From NCBI GenBank assembly GCA_963813025.1, contig CAWEXO010000013.1:192001-256000 (forward strand): a DNA stretch of 64,000 bases, read 5' to 3'. Source of the DNA: an uncultured Verrucomicrobiae bacterium (lineage in GTDB: Bacteria; Verrucomicrobiota; Verrucomicrobiia; Chthoniobacterales; JAFAMB01). Shown here piece by piece: positions 29,610-38,968 of this stretch. The position numbers were made by a program, and so were the translations under genes. Below the pieces are notes generated by a model. It saw nothing but the letters and a program-made list of their open reading frames with translations, did no database searches and was not told where the DNA came from. The first letter of the stretch is position 1; each line of letters opens with the position of its first letter.

Positions 29610-30602
29610 ATGAGTATTGAGTCGCTTGTTCTCCGCACCAGGCAGCGTTTTCCACACTATCACCATGCCGAGCTCGACATCGTTCCGTTGGAGAGGGGGG
29701 GATCAGATCGCCGTTATTACCGCGTCCGTTTCAGTACAGAGTATTCTTTGATCCTGGTGAAGTACGATCCCGGCAAGCTCGAGAATGAGCGTTTTGTGGC
29801 GATTGCGAATTTCCTGGAAGGGATCGGGGTGAACGCTCCGTTCATCTATTATCAAGATTCCGTTGAAGGGCTCATCTGGATGCAGGATCTCGGCGAGGAG
29901 GATCTCTGGCACCATCGGACTGAGCCGTGGAATGTCCGTCGAGCGTTGTACCGATCCGCCATTGATCAAGTCGTGACCTTGCACAGAACCGAGCCGGCCT
30001 TTGCGAAAAATATAGGATTGTTGCCGGGCTTCGATGAAGCCCTGTACCGATGGGAGCAGCATTACGGAATCGAGAATTGCTTTGGACTCTATTTCGGGGT
30101 CTCCGCTGTCCAACGAGAAGAGCTCGCGGGACGGCCGGCTTTCCTGGGTCTGGCAAAATTTCTGGCGAAACAACCTGGCTGTCTGATCCATCGCGACTTT
30201 CAGTCGCAGAACATCATCATCTGGGACGAGCAGGCATACCTGATTGATTTTCAAGGTATTCGCCCCGGCTTAGCGGCCTACGATCTGGCTTCACTGCTCT
30301 ACGATCCATACGTGTCGCTCAGGGAAGAGGAGCGGATCGAACTTTTGGAGTACTACTGCGCAGTAAGCGAAACTAGAGTAAGCGGATCAGAGGTCCTGGA
30401 ACTGAGCAGACGGTGCGCGATCCAACGTCTGCTGCAAGCTCTGGGCGCCTATGGAGTCATAGGGTTGCAACGCGGCAAGGTCGAATTCCTGCGACATATC
30501 CAGCCCGCCTTGCGGATTCTGCATGAGGTTGCGTCTGCTCAAGATGACTTTAATTTCCTGGCAGAGTTTGTTGCTGGGTTACCTGCAAAATCGCTAGTTT
30601 AA
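29610..30602 (+). CDS. APH-family phosphotransferase (AmgK-like anomeric sugar kinase)
   Basis: GGSDRRYYR, QDLG, IHRDFQSQN, IDFQ, YDLASLL.DPY. Confidence 0.85.
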   Translation: MSIESLVLRTRQRFPHYHHAELDIVPLERGGSDRRYYRVRFSTEYSLILVKYDPGKLENERFVAIANFLEGIGVNAPFIYYQDSVEGLIWMQDLGEEDLWHHRTEPWNVRRALYRSAIDQVVTLHRTEPAFAKNIGLLPGFDEALYRWEQHYGIENCFGLYFGVSAVQREELAGRPAFLGLAKFLAKQPGCLIHRDFQSQNIIIWDEQAYLIDFQGIRPGLAAYDLASLLYDPYVSLREEERIELLEYYCAVSETRVSGSEVLELSRRCAIQRLLQALGAYGVIGLQRGKVEFLRHIQPALRILHEVASAQDDFNFLAEFVAGLPAKSLV

Positions 30603-30611
30603 GAAAACGCT

Positions 30612-32591
30612 ATGGATCGGATGCCGACCGCTCTCATCGAGAATATTGAACCCAGTGTGGATGGAGGCAGGTATCCCGTGAAGCGGGTTGTCGGACAGGA
30701 CATGGTGGTGTCGGCGGATGTTTTCAAGGAGGGCCATGACGAAATCTCCGCCGTCTTAAAGTGGCGCAAGGAAGGCCAGAAAATCTGGTTCGAAACCCGG
30801 ATGACCAAGGGCCAGAACGACCGTTGGCAAGGCGTCTGTCAGTTTCAGGAAAACGCGCGACACGAGTACACCATCGAAACGTGGACCGATCATTTTGCCA
30901 CTTGGCAAGCAGAGTTTACCAAGAAACATGATGCGGGAATTACCGATCTGAAGACTGAGATCGAAGAAGGAGCGCTGCTCGTCGAGCATGCCGCCCACCG
31001 CGCCACCCGGAAGGATGACCAGGAACACCTCGCTGAGTTTGCTCGCCGGCTTCGGAGCTCGGGCCTCGCCGAGATCGCCATTCTTTCGAAAGATCCGGAA
31101 TTAGCCGGCTTGATGGCCGCGTGGCCCGATCGGAGCCTCTCCTGCGAATATCTGCCGCCACTGAAGGTGATTTGTGACCGGCCGGCGGCATTGTTTGCTG
31201 CATGGTATGAATTTTTCACACGCTCGGCTGAAGGCAAAGCAGATTCCGGTTCGAAGTTTCGGGATACCCTCGGACGAATCGAGGACGCTCGGCGGATGGG
31301 CTTCGACGTTATCTATTTTCCGCCTATTCACCCGATCGGATTCACCAAGCGCAAGGGTAAAAACAATTCCGTAACAGCCGAACCCGGTGAGCCCGGCGTG
31401 CCATATGCCATTGGCAGCCAGTTTGGAGGTCATAAAGCGGTCGAGCCGGAGCTTGGTTCCCTTGAGGATTTCGACTGGCTGGTTCAGGAGATTCGCCGCC
31501 GTGGATTAGAGGTAGCCCTCGATTTCGCGATTAACTGTTCGCCGGATCATCCCTATGTCAAAGAGCATCCGGATTGGTTTTTTCATCGGCCTGATGGTTC
31601 GATCAAATACGCGGAGAACCCGCCGAAGAAATATGAAGATGTTTATCCGCTGAACTTTCATAATCCCGATTGGCGGAGTTTGTGGGAGGAAATGCGAGAC
31701 GTCATCTTGTTCTGGGCAGGGCACGGCGTCCGGATCTTTCGGGTGGATAACCCTCATACCAAGCCGGTCGCGTTCTGGGAATGGATGATCGAGGAAGTGC
31801 AACGGGTTTATCCTGATACCATCTTTCTCTCGGAGGCCTTCACTCGTCCGAAGATGATGAAAGTCCTGGCCAAAGCCGGGTTCACCCAGTCCTACACCTA
31901 TTTCACTTGGCGCAACACGAAATGGGAGCTCACGGAATATCTCACGGAGCTCACCCAGACTCCGATGAAGGAATACTTCCGGGCAAACTTTTTCACGAAT
32001 ACGCCCGACATCTTGCCTTACTACCTGCAAACCGGCGGCCGTGCCGCGTTTTTGATCCGGCTTGTGCTCGCCGCCACCCTTTCCAGCGTGTACGGCATCT
32101 ACAGCGGCTTTGAGCTCTGCGAGAACGTTCCGATTCCGGGCAAAGAGGAATACCTAAACTCAGAGAAATACCAGTATAAAGAGCGCGATTGGGATGCGCC
32201 CGGCAATATCAAGGAATTTATTGCGAGCGTGAACCGTATTCGACGGACGAACCGTGCCCTCGAGTCCTATGACAATTTGCGGTTCCATACCATCGAGAAC
32301 GATCAAATCCTTTTTTACTCGAAGGCGACTCCTGGCCTCGACAACGTGATCTTGGTTTTCGTGACGGTGGATCCGTTTAACCGTCAGACCGGATTCGCCT
32401 CGGTTCCGCTGGAACTGTTCGACCTTGCAGAAACAGAACCATACGAGGTAGCAGATCTTCTGACCGAAGAGAAGTACGTCTGGAACGGTCGGAGAAATTT
32501 TGTGATGCTCGATCCCGGCACCCGGCCGGCGCATATCTTCCGCGTGCGCCGCCCGGTTAATCGCACTGGTTCGGAAAACGTTTTTGCGTGA
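30612..32591 (+). CDS. glgE: alpha-1,4-glucan:maltose-1-phosphate maltosyltransferase
   Basis: RKGKNNS, YAENPPKKYEDVYP, FRVDNPHTKP, LSEAFTRP, NTPDILP. Confidence 0.97.
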   Translation: MDRMPTALIENIEPSVDGGRYPVKRVVGQDMVVSADVFKEGHDEISAVLKWRKEGQKIWFETRMTKGQNDRWQGVCQFQENARHEYTIETWTDHFATWQAEFTKKHDAGITDLKTEIEEGALLVEHAAHRATRKDDQEHLAEFARRLRSSGLAEIAILSKDPELAGLMAAWPDRSLSCEYLPPLKVICDRPAALFAAWYEFFTRSAEGKADSGSKFRDTLGRIEDARRMGFDVIYFPPIHPIGFTKRKGKNNSVTAEPGEPGVPYAIGSQFGGHKAVEPELGSLEDFDWLVQEIRRRGLEVALDFAINCSPDHPYVKEHPDWFFHRPDGSIKYAENPPKKYEDVYPLNFHNPDWRSLWEEMRDVILFWAGHGVRIFRVDNPHTKPVAFWEWMIEEVQRVYPDTIFLSEAFTRPKMMKVLAKAGFTQSYTYFTWRNTKWELTEYLTELTQTPMKEYFRANFFTNTPDILPYYLQTGGRAAFLIRLVLAATLSSVYGIYSGFELCENVPIPGKEEYLNSEKYQYKERDWDAPGNIKEFIASVNRIRRTNRALESYDNLRFHTIENDQILFYSKATPGLDNVILVFVTVDPFNRQTGFASVPLELFDLAETEPYEVADLLTEEKYVWNGRRNFVMLDPGTRPAHIFRVRRPVNRTGSENVFA

Positions 32592-32599
32592 TGCGTTCT

Positions 32600-32651
32600 A
32601 GCGTCTGGAGCGAATGGTTTGTCCAGCGTCCGGCTCAAACAAGTTCTCGCC
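32600..32651. repeat. partial REP-like repeat, family A
   Basis: GTCTGG...TCCGGCTCAAACAAGTTCTCGCC shared with 37997, 41353 and 45670 copies. Confidence 0.7.
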
Positions 32652-32728
32652 GCGCGCAGGATTTATTTCGTTTGGCGAATTCCTGACTCGCCGAAATCGC
32701 TCTCGATCGTTTAAGATGCAGTCAGCGC

Positions 32729-34117
32729 ATGAAAAAGGCTATTTTCTTTAGCGTTCTGGTAGTCTGCTCTCTTTCATTTTTCGGATGCGGCAAATCAAAG
32801 GACCAGGCGATTCATGATCTGGCCGGCCTGAATCTCAGATTTTCGGCCGATGATTTTGTTACTTCAGCGGCTCGCGGCGATATGAAAGCGCTGAGCCTGT
32901 ATTTCATTGCCGGAATCGATCTGGATGCGCCTAATTCTTTCGGGCAAACTGCTTTGATGGCGGCAGCCGAGAAAGGGCAGACGGTCGCGGCCCGGGCTCT
33001 GATCGATCACCACGCCGATCTCAACGCGAAAGACCGGAACGGCATCACCGCCTTGATGCTCGCCGCCGCCAATAATCATCCGGATATTACCAAATTGCTC
33101 ATCGACCATCAGGCCGATCTTTCCCTTCAGGATAATAGCGGTTGGACGGCTACGATGAAAGCCGTTTACCAGGGAAATATTGAGTGTGTCAAAATTCTTG
33201 TCGACCGCTCGAAAGAAGAACTGGATCGCGCTCTACTGATTGCCGCTTTGGCCGGCCATCAGGATGTCGTGCGAGTTTTGCTGAATCATGGAGCCGAGGT
33301 GGATACGCGGGCCGCGGACGGGCGAACGGCACTGATGCTGGCTTCGGCCAAGAATCACAAAGACGTTGTCGACGCCCTGCTCAAAGCCGGAGCGGATCCC
33401 TCGCTAACCGATCAAAACGGTTTGACTGCGGAGAAACTGGCCAGCGCTAACAATTTTCAAGAAGTGGCTGCGACCCTTCAGCAAGCCCCGCCGCCTGCGG
33501 CGCACCCTTCCGGGTCTGCTAACGGGGAGAGCGGACCGAAGAATGGCGCGATGTCCGATCGGGATTTTCTGGCAGCCTCGTCGCCTGGAGCCAGTGCGTC
33601 CGGTACGTCCAGTGTCAACGTTCCTGGACCGGCCGGCCCAAACCAAGGATCGCCCCTTTCCGCCAAGTTATCGGTCAAAGAGATCGATGAAGCCTTTCTT
33701 CCAATCACACTGCTCTCGATTGAGGGCAAAAGCGCCGAACTGCGCGACGCCGATGGCGAGACTTATAAAGTAAGCCCTGGTGATCAACTGAAAGGGCTGG
33801 ACTATCGTGTCCTCGAGGTTGCGCCGCGGAGCGTCAACGACAAAGACGGCAACGAAGTCGATGCGTCGCTCGTCAAGCTCCGAAATTTGAAGAACGGCGA
33901 GACTGTCTCGTTGATTAAGGGGATACCGGCCCGCGAGCGGAGCGCTTCGGTCGTGCTTGGTTTCAAAAATTCGGACGAGACAGCAAAGGTCAGTCTCGAC
34001 CAGACGTTCTCGATTCCCGGCGAGACCGATCATACCTACAAAGTGCTCGATATCCGGCCGCACCAAGTTGTCATTCGAAGGGACGACGACAAGGTCTGGA
34101 CGCTGCAAAAAGAGTGA
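32729..34117 (+). CDS. ankyrin-repeat lipoprotein with C-terminal beta-rich domain
   Basis: Lipobox FFGC; repeated GxTALMxA ankyrin units; Pro/Ser linker. Confidence 0.88.
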   Translation: MKKAIFFSVLVVCSLSFFGCGKSKDQAIHDLAGLNLRFSADDFVTSAARGDMKALSLYFIAGIDLDAPNSFGQTALMAAAEKGQTVAARALIDHHADLNAKDRNGITALMLAAANNHPDITKLLIDHQADLSLQDNSGWTATMKAVYQGNIECVKILVDRSKEELDRALLIAALAGHQDVVRVLLNHGAEVDTRAADGRTALMLASAKNHKDVVDALLKAGADPSLTDQNGLTAEKLASANNFQEVAATLQQAPPPAAHPSGSANGESGPKNGAMSDRDFLAASSPGASASGTSSVNVPGPAGPNQGSPLSAKLSVKEIDEAFLPITLLSIEGKSAELRDADGETYKVSPGDQLKGLDYRVLEVAPRSVNDKDGNEVDASLVKLRNLKNGETVSLIKGIPARERSASVVLGFKNSDETAKVSLDQTFSIPGETDHTYKVLDIRPHQVVIRRDDDKVWTLQKE

Positions 34118-34215
34118 TCGGAGCGAGCGCAGAGTCGCGAGCTTGCCCGCTCACTACACTCGCGGGAACTCCTTGTGCACCTTGAAGTTCCCGTCGAAAA
34201 TGAACGTCAGCTAAG

Positions 34216-35034
34216 ATGAAAATACCCTTGGAAGATCTTTTCGAAGACATCGTGGGCAAGGCGCAGCGCGGTCTGGGTATGGACGATCGTGAATTGGCCA
34301 CCAAGCTGGGCATAAGTGTGGAAAGCCTGCGCGAACTCAAACGCGGCGCGGCAGATCGCCAACTCGTGCCGAAAGTTGCTCAAGCACTGAATCTCGGCGC
34401 CAGCGCGCTGGCCGATTCCTATGGAGAACGCTGGTTTCCGGCGAATGTAACCACAGTGGAAGGGGTGGCCCAATTCAACACCGACCTCCTTGGAATGACG
34501 GTCAACGCCTACGTGGTCTGGGATCCGAAGGCAAAAAAGGGCGCGATCTTCGACACGGGGGCGGATGCAACCAAGATGTTAAAATTCGTCAGGGACCAGC
34601 AAATCCAGGTGGAAAACATTTTTATCACGCACACCCACGATGATCATATCGCCTGCGTTGATGATCTTCTCCGGGCGACAGGCGCCAAGCTCTTTGCTCC
34701 AGCCCTCGAATCCCTGAGCGGCGCGGAACCAGTCAAAGACGGTAATCGTTTTCAGGTTGCTGGTCTGAGTATTGAAGCGCGGTTAACCAATGGGCATTCG
34801 CCGGGCGGGACTTCTTACTTCGTTCGGGGCCTGGGCGTCCCCGTTGTTGTCGTTGGTGATTCGCTATTTGCCGGCTCGATGGGTGGAGCGCAAAACGATT
34901 ACGCACTCGCGCTGCGGAACAACGCGGAAAAGATCCTCAGTTTGCCGGAAGAGACTTTGATTTGTCCCGGCCATGGTCCGATGACGACGGTCGCCAACGA
35001 GCGCAAACAGAACCCGTTTTTTGCCACGGGTTAA
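34216..35034 (+). CDS. MBL-fold hydrolase (glyoxalase II-like) with N-terminal HTH-like extension
   Basis: THTHDDH, GHSPGG, GDSLF, PGHGP. Confidence 0.9.
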   Translation: MKIPLEDLFEDIVGKAQRGLGMDDRELATKLGISVESLRELKRGAADRQLVPKVAQALNLGASALADSYGERWFPANVTTVEGVAQFNTDLLGMTVNAYVVWDPKAKKGAIFDTGADATKMLKFVRDQQIQVENIFITHTHDDHIACVDDLLRATGAKLFAPALESLSGAEPVKDGNRFQVAGLSIEARLTNGHSPGGTSYFVRGLGVPVVVVGDSLFAGSMGGAQNDYALALRNNAEKILSLPEETLICPGHGPMTTVANERKQNPFFATG

Positions 35035-35087
35035 ACGAGCGACGATGTTCTATGGTCGATTGGCCGGCCGATAATTCCTTAAGTCAA

Positions 35088-35681
35088 ATGTCGGTGGCCG
35101 ACCCCGAGCTCTCACCTGCTGATCTCAATTGCCCTCTGGTTTTCAGCGAGGTTTTTACGGAGAGTTTGCCGATAGAGCTGGATCTCGGTTCCGGGAGCGG
35201 CAAGTTTCTCCTCTGCGCGGCTCGACAATTCCCAGATCGTAATTTTCTGGGTGTGGAACGTCTCCTTGGTCGGGTCCGCAAAATCCGCCGGCGCGCCGCG
35301 GAGGCGGGCTTAAACAATCTGCGCATTATGCGGTTGGAAATCGGATATGCTGTCCGGTATCTCTTTCCACCCAATTCGGTCCGCCGGGTTCATTTGTACT
35401 TTCCGGATCCGTGGCCGAAACGAAAACATCATCGGCGGCGCATGATCGAACCCGGCTTTCTGCGCGACCTGGGCAGAACAATCGAGCCGGGAGGCGATAT
35501 TCTCATCAAGACCGATCACGCCGAGTATTTTCGGCAGATCACTCAGGCTGTCCACTCGGTGGCTCCTTGCTTGATCTCGGTCGATTGGATCGAGCAGGAG
35601 TATCCTCAGACCGATTTTGAGGAGGCGTTCGAGCGGGCGGGTACCCCGATCTATCGGCTGCGCCTTTGCAAAATGACGTGA
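35088..35681 (+). CDS. trmB: tRNA (guanine46-N7)-methyltransferase
   Basis: DLGSGSG, FLGVE, FPDPWPKRKHHRRR, KTDH, TDFE. Confidence 0.95.
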   Translation: MSVADPELSPADLNCPLVFSEVFTESLPIELDLGSGSGKFLLCAARQFPDRNFLGVERLLGRVRKIRRRAAEAGLNNLRIMRLEIGYAVRYLFPPNSVRRVHLYFPDPWPKRKHHRRRMIEPGFLRDLGRTIEPGGDILIKTDHAEYFRQITQAVHSVAPCLISVDWIEQEYPQTDFEEAFERAGTPIYRLRLCKMT

Positions 35682-37858
35682 CCGCGATGGAATCCGCGCA
35701 GTTCGAGCCTGCTGCGAGTGGCCCTGATGGTAATGGCGCCGGTGGATGTCAGGTTGAACACTGGAACGGAATTGTCTGGCAAATTTCCGCTGGGCTGCTG
35801 CAGACAGATAATGGAGCGTGTCTGGTCTGACAGGCCGGGATTCTTCCTGGAAAAACTTGCGACCCGCTTCAAGATTACCACGTCGAGCGGTATGCCAGGC
35901 AGATCCGTTGTTGAGGAGAGGATCAGCTCCGGGGCGATCAACAGACGAAACCCAAACCATTCGCAAAGCAGCGCGGTAGGCGCCCGGCTGCGTCTGGCCC
36001 GAGTTTGCGTTTTCCAAGGCAGAGAACAGAAACTTAGCTTTACCTTGTCGGTCAACGCCAGGGCTGCCGGCCACCGCCGCACTCCGCTCAGGAGGAGATT
36101 TCGCGGTTCTATCGCAAAAACGACCGTGTCCGGGTATTGCTCCAGACCGCGCGGCAGACCGCCAGCGTGAGCCTTGTCCTCCCTTTGAAGCAAGATCCCT
36201 CGGATCTGGTTGACCCCGGCAAACTCGAGGTAGGGTGCCACGATCCGGCGCCATTGTGCCTCGGTGCCAGAGTTGATCAGCCAGGTATCGGTTCCCGCCT
36301 GCAAAGAGAGCACCGGCGCACGCCCCGTCGCAAGCACGGTCAGTCGGCCTGTATCAGCGATGGGAAAGGCAACATTCAGCGAATTGCCCGGTAACTGTGC
36401 AGCGAGGTCAACGATCAAGAGAAATCCTTTGGCAAAAAGCCAATTCGCATTGTTCAAAGAGATCCCCGCCCAAGCCGAGAACGGCATGAGCATCAAGGAG
36501 AGAGCTCCCGTGAAAAGGATCCAACTGCCTACGGGAACCGCGAAAAGATTGGCGAGCAGTCCAGAAAACGCAATCCGGTGATAGACCAGGATCAGGATTG
36601 GCAGAGAGCTGATCCAGCAGACGATCGATACGGAGAGAAGATCTCCGCAGATATGAATCGCGCGCTGGATCAGGCGCCGCCTCCGGCCAACCAATTGGCG
36701 AGGAATATAAGGATCAATCTCGAAACAACCCACCATGATTCTGGACAGTGGACGGACAAATAAGACGATGGCAAAAACGGTGAGGAACGAGAGTTGAAAT
36801 CCGATCTGAAACGCTTCTTCAGTATCGATCGCCAGAAGCAGGAAAGCCACGGCGGCAAGAATATTCAAGAGAATGGATGGGCGCTCGATCGCGATGCCAA
36901 GGAAGAGGAGGCTTGTCATCAGAGTCGCACGCAGACTCGAAGGCGAAAATCCCGCGGTCAGGCAATAAGCCATGACCAAGGGGAGGACCGTCAAAGCTGC
37001 CAATTTCCGCGGAAACCGGAAGACGCGGACTAGGAGCCAGCTCAGCCCGGCAAAAAGAGTGATTTTCAGCCCGTCGATGACGAACAGGTGCAAGGTGCCC
37101 GTCCGTTGGAGACGATCGAGGAGATCCGGGCCGAGGGCGGTATGTTTCCCGAGCACGATTCCTTCGACGACCTGCCCGGCCGCCGGCTCATCTTCGATTC
37201 CTCGAACGAGATTCCCGGCGGCTATCCGTCGCAGCCAGAGTGCCGCGCGGATCAGCGGGTTTCCGCGGTTACGAGCGAACACCACGTGCGACGATTTTCC
37301 GCGGATGTAGGATACCAGGTAGATACGCTGGCGGCGCAGGTAAGCACGGTAATCAAATTCGCCGGGATTATTCGCAGTATTGGGCAGATTCAAATGAAAA
37401 TAGCCCTGAAGAACGTCACCGTATTCAATCGGCGCATCGGGGAGCTCGAGAAGCACACGAAAGTGAGCCGGGCGGTCTTCCAGGGAAATTACCTTCGCCG
37501 CGAATCGGATCGATGGCGGCTGGCGACCGGAGCTTTTTTCCGGTTCAGAAACGACCAGTGCTTGAAGGAAGCTGAATTTTTCCGGCAAATGACGAGCGAG
37601 TCTGAAACCTTGGTCAGTCCAAGAGCGGAAACTGTGCAGGAACGAAAAAAAGAAAAATACGGTGAGCAGAGTCAGAGCCGTCTTTCGATAACAAAGAGCG
37701 AGCAAAGCCGCGCCGGTAGTGAGCCAGGCGAAGAGCCGCCAGCGGGAAAGGAACTGGTCGGAAGCAACGACGCCGCTGACCGCCGCTGCTGCCAGAGCGA
37801 CAAAAGGCAGCCGGGCGCGCCACCAAGAGAATTTCGGGATTTCCGACGTTGCCAGCAC
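35651..37858 (-). CDS. comEC: ComEC/Rec2 competence protein with degenerate MBL domain
   Basis: NPGEFDY, GTLHLFVIDGLK, GFQLSF, ANLFAVP. Confidence 0.88.
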   Translation of the reverse strand: MLATSEIPKFSWWRARLPFVALAAAAVSGVVASDQFLSRWRLFAWLTTGAALLALCYRKTALTLLTVFFFFSFLHSFRSWTDQGFRLARHLPEKFSFLQALVVSEPEKSSGRQPPSIRFAAKVISLEDRPAHFRVLLELPDAPIEYGDVLQGYFHLNLPNTANNPGEFDYRAYLRRQRIYLVSYIRGKSSHVVFARNRGNPLIRAALWLRRIAAGNLVRGIEDEPAAGQVVEGIVLGKHTALGPDLLDRLQRTGTLHLFVIDGLKITLFAGLSWLLVRVFRFPRKLAALTVLPLVMAYCLTAGFSPSSLRATLMTSLLFLGIAIERPSILLNILAAVAFLLLAIDTEEAFQIGFQLSFLTVFAIVLFVRPLSRIMVGCFEIDPYIPRQLVGRRRRLIQRAIHICGDLLSVSIVCWISSLPILILVYHRIAFSGLLANLFAVPVGSWILFTGALSLMLMPFSAWAGISLNNANWLFAKGFLLIVDLAAQLPGNSLNVAFPIADTGRLTVLATGRAPVLSLQAGTDTWLINSGTEAQWRRIVAPYLEFAGVNQIRGILLQREDKAHAGGLPRGLEQYPDTVVFAIEPRNLLLSGVRRWPAALALTDKVKLSFCSLPWKTQTRARRSRAPTALLCEWFGFRLLIAPELILSSTTDLPGIPLDVVILKRVASFSRKNPGLSDQTRSIICLQQPSGNLPDNSVPVFNLTSTGAITIRATRSRLELRGFHRGHVILQRRSR

Positions 37859-37984
37859 AGACTCAAGCTATATAACAACATAAGATATTAAAGTTGTTTC
37901 ATTTCGGGTCTCGATCCGGACGAGCAGAAGCTCATCCCTACCGCTCCTTGTTCTTGACGCCACTCTCGAAAGTGGCTCGGACCT

Positions 37985-38062
37985 ATTCGAACCTTAGCGA
38001 GACTTGTTTGAGCCGTCTGGCGCGCGTGGTCTGCCTCAGTGTCCGGCTCAAACAAATTCTCG
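37985..38062. repeat. REP-like repeat, family A
   Basis: GCGAGACTTGTTTGAGCCG...CGGCTCAAACAAATTCTCG hairpin. Confidence 0.75.
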
Positions 38063-38149
38063 ACGCAATCTTCTAGCGGGCCGGCCTCGCGGTAGATCCA
38101 TCCCATTCGTAGGCACTTTGAATACTTCGCGAAGGCTCCGCTCGTATTC

Positions 38150-38941
38150 TCAAAGCCGTTCATTTTGTCCACCATTCAGCTCTATCCGCATACCGTCTTG
38201 CGCGAGCAAAACGTTTGTCCCGGGGAGAGATCGCCGCGCCTCGGCCAGTACTTCGGGCAACCGCGAATTCAGTTCCGGTGCGAGATGAGTCAGCAGAAGT
38301 AATGGCAACGCTTTATTCGAAAGGTATTGAAACAATTCTTTCGGCGGAAAATGGGCGAGTTCGCAAACGAACAGGTCGGGCGCGGTTAGCAGTTGAGAGT
38401 CAAGATCGGCGGGTTCGCCAAGGTCGCCGGAAAACAATATCCGAAAGGCCGGATGTTCGAGGAGAAGACTATAGGCGCAAAATCGATCCGGCGAAGGATT
38501 CGGACGAAGCGATTTGAGATGGGTAGTGGGTTGGGCAAGCACGCGAAGATCGAATCTGTCGAGCGTGGGGTCATCCTCCCAAGCGTGCATCTCCAGAGCA
38601 TAGGAGGCGAACTCTGGTCCGATGTAGGTCGCATTGAGCCACGCGGTCAACGGCTGAATCAATTCACCAGGCAAAAAAATTGGGAGAGCTTCTTTTCGAT
38701 GATCGATCCAGGCGCTTTGCAGGATCATCGGCAGGCCGCCGATATGATCCGAGTGGCCATGGGTGAGGAGAATCGCGTCGAGCCGGCCGGGATGTTCCCC
38801 CTGTTCCCAGAGAGATCGCGCGCAGGGTTCCCCGGCATCGATCAGCAAGCGGTGTTGCCCGATCTGCAACAACGCGCTGGAAAAAGCTCGACCGCCGACC
38901 GGAAAACCCGGGCCGGAACCGAGAACGAGTAATTCTGCCAT
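38150..38941 (-). CDS. ribonuclease Z/BN-like MBL-fold hydrolase
   Basis: LGSG, IDAGE, THGHSDHIGG, SGD, LTHL, AQDGM. Confidence 0.82.
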   Translation of the reverse strand: MAELLVLGSGPGFPVGGRAFSSALLQIGQHRLLIDAGEPCARSLWEQGEHPGRLDAILLTHGHSDHIGGLPMILQSAWIDHRKEALPIFLPGELIQPLTAWLNATYIGPEFASYALEMHAWEDDPTLDRFDLRVLAQPTTHLKSLRPNPSPDRFCAYSLLLEHPAFRILFSGDLGEPADLDSQLLTAPDLFVCELAHFPPKELFQYLSNKALPLLLLTHLAPELNSRLPEVLAEARRSLPGTNVLLAQDGMRIELNGGQNERL

Positions 38942-38968
38942 CGGGCGAGGATAGGCCGCAGTAAAGCT

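Noticed and set aside
28518..30602. MurU/AmgK-like pair as a novel system
   Set aside because: Matches a known peptidoglycan-recycling gene pair; ordinary
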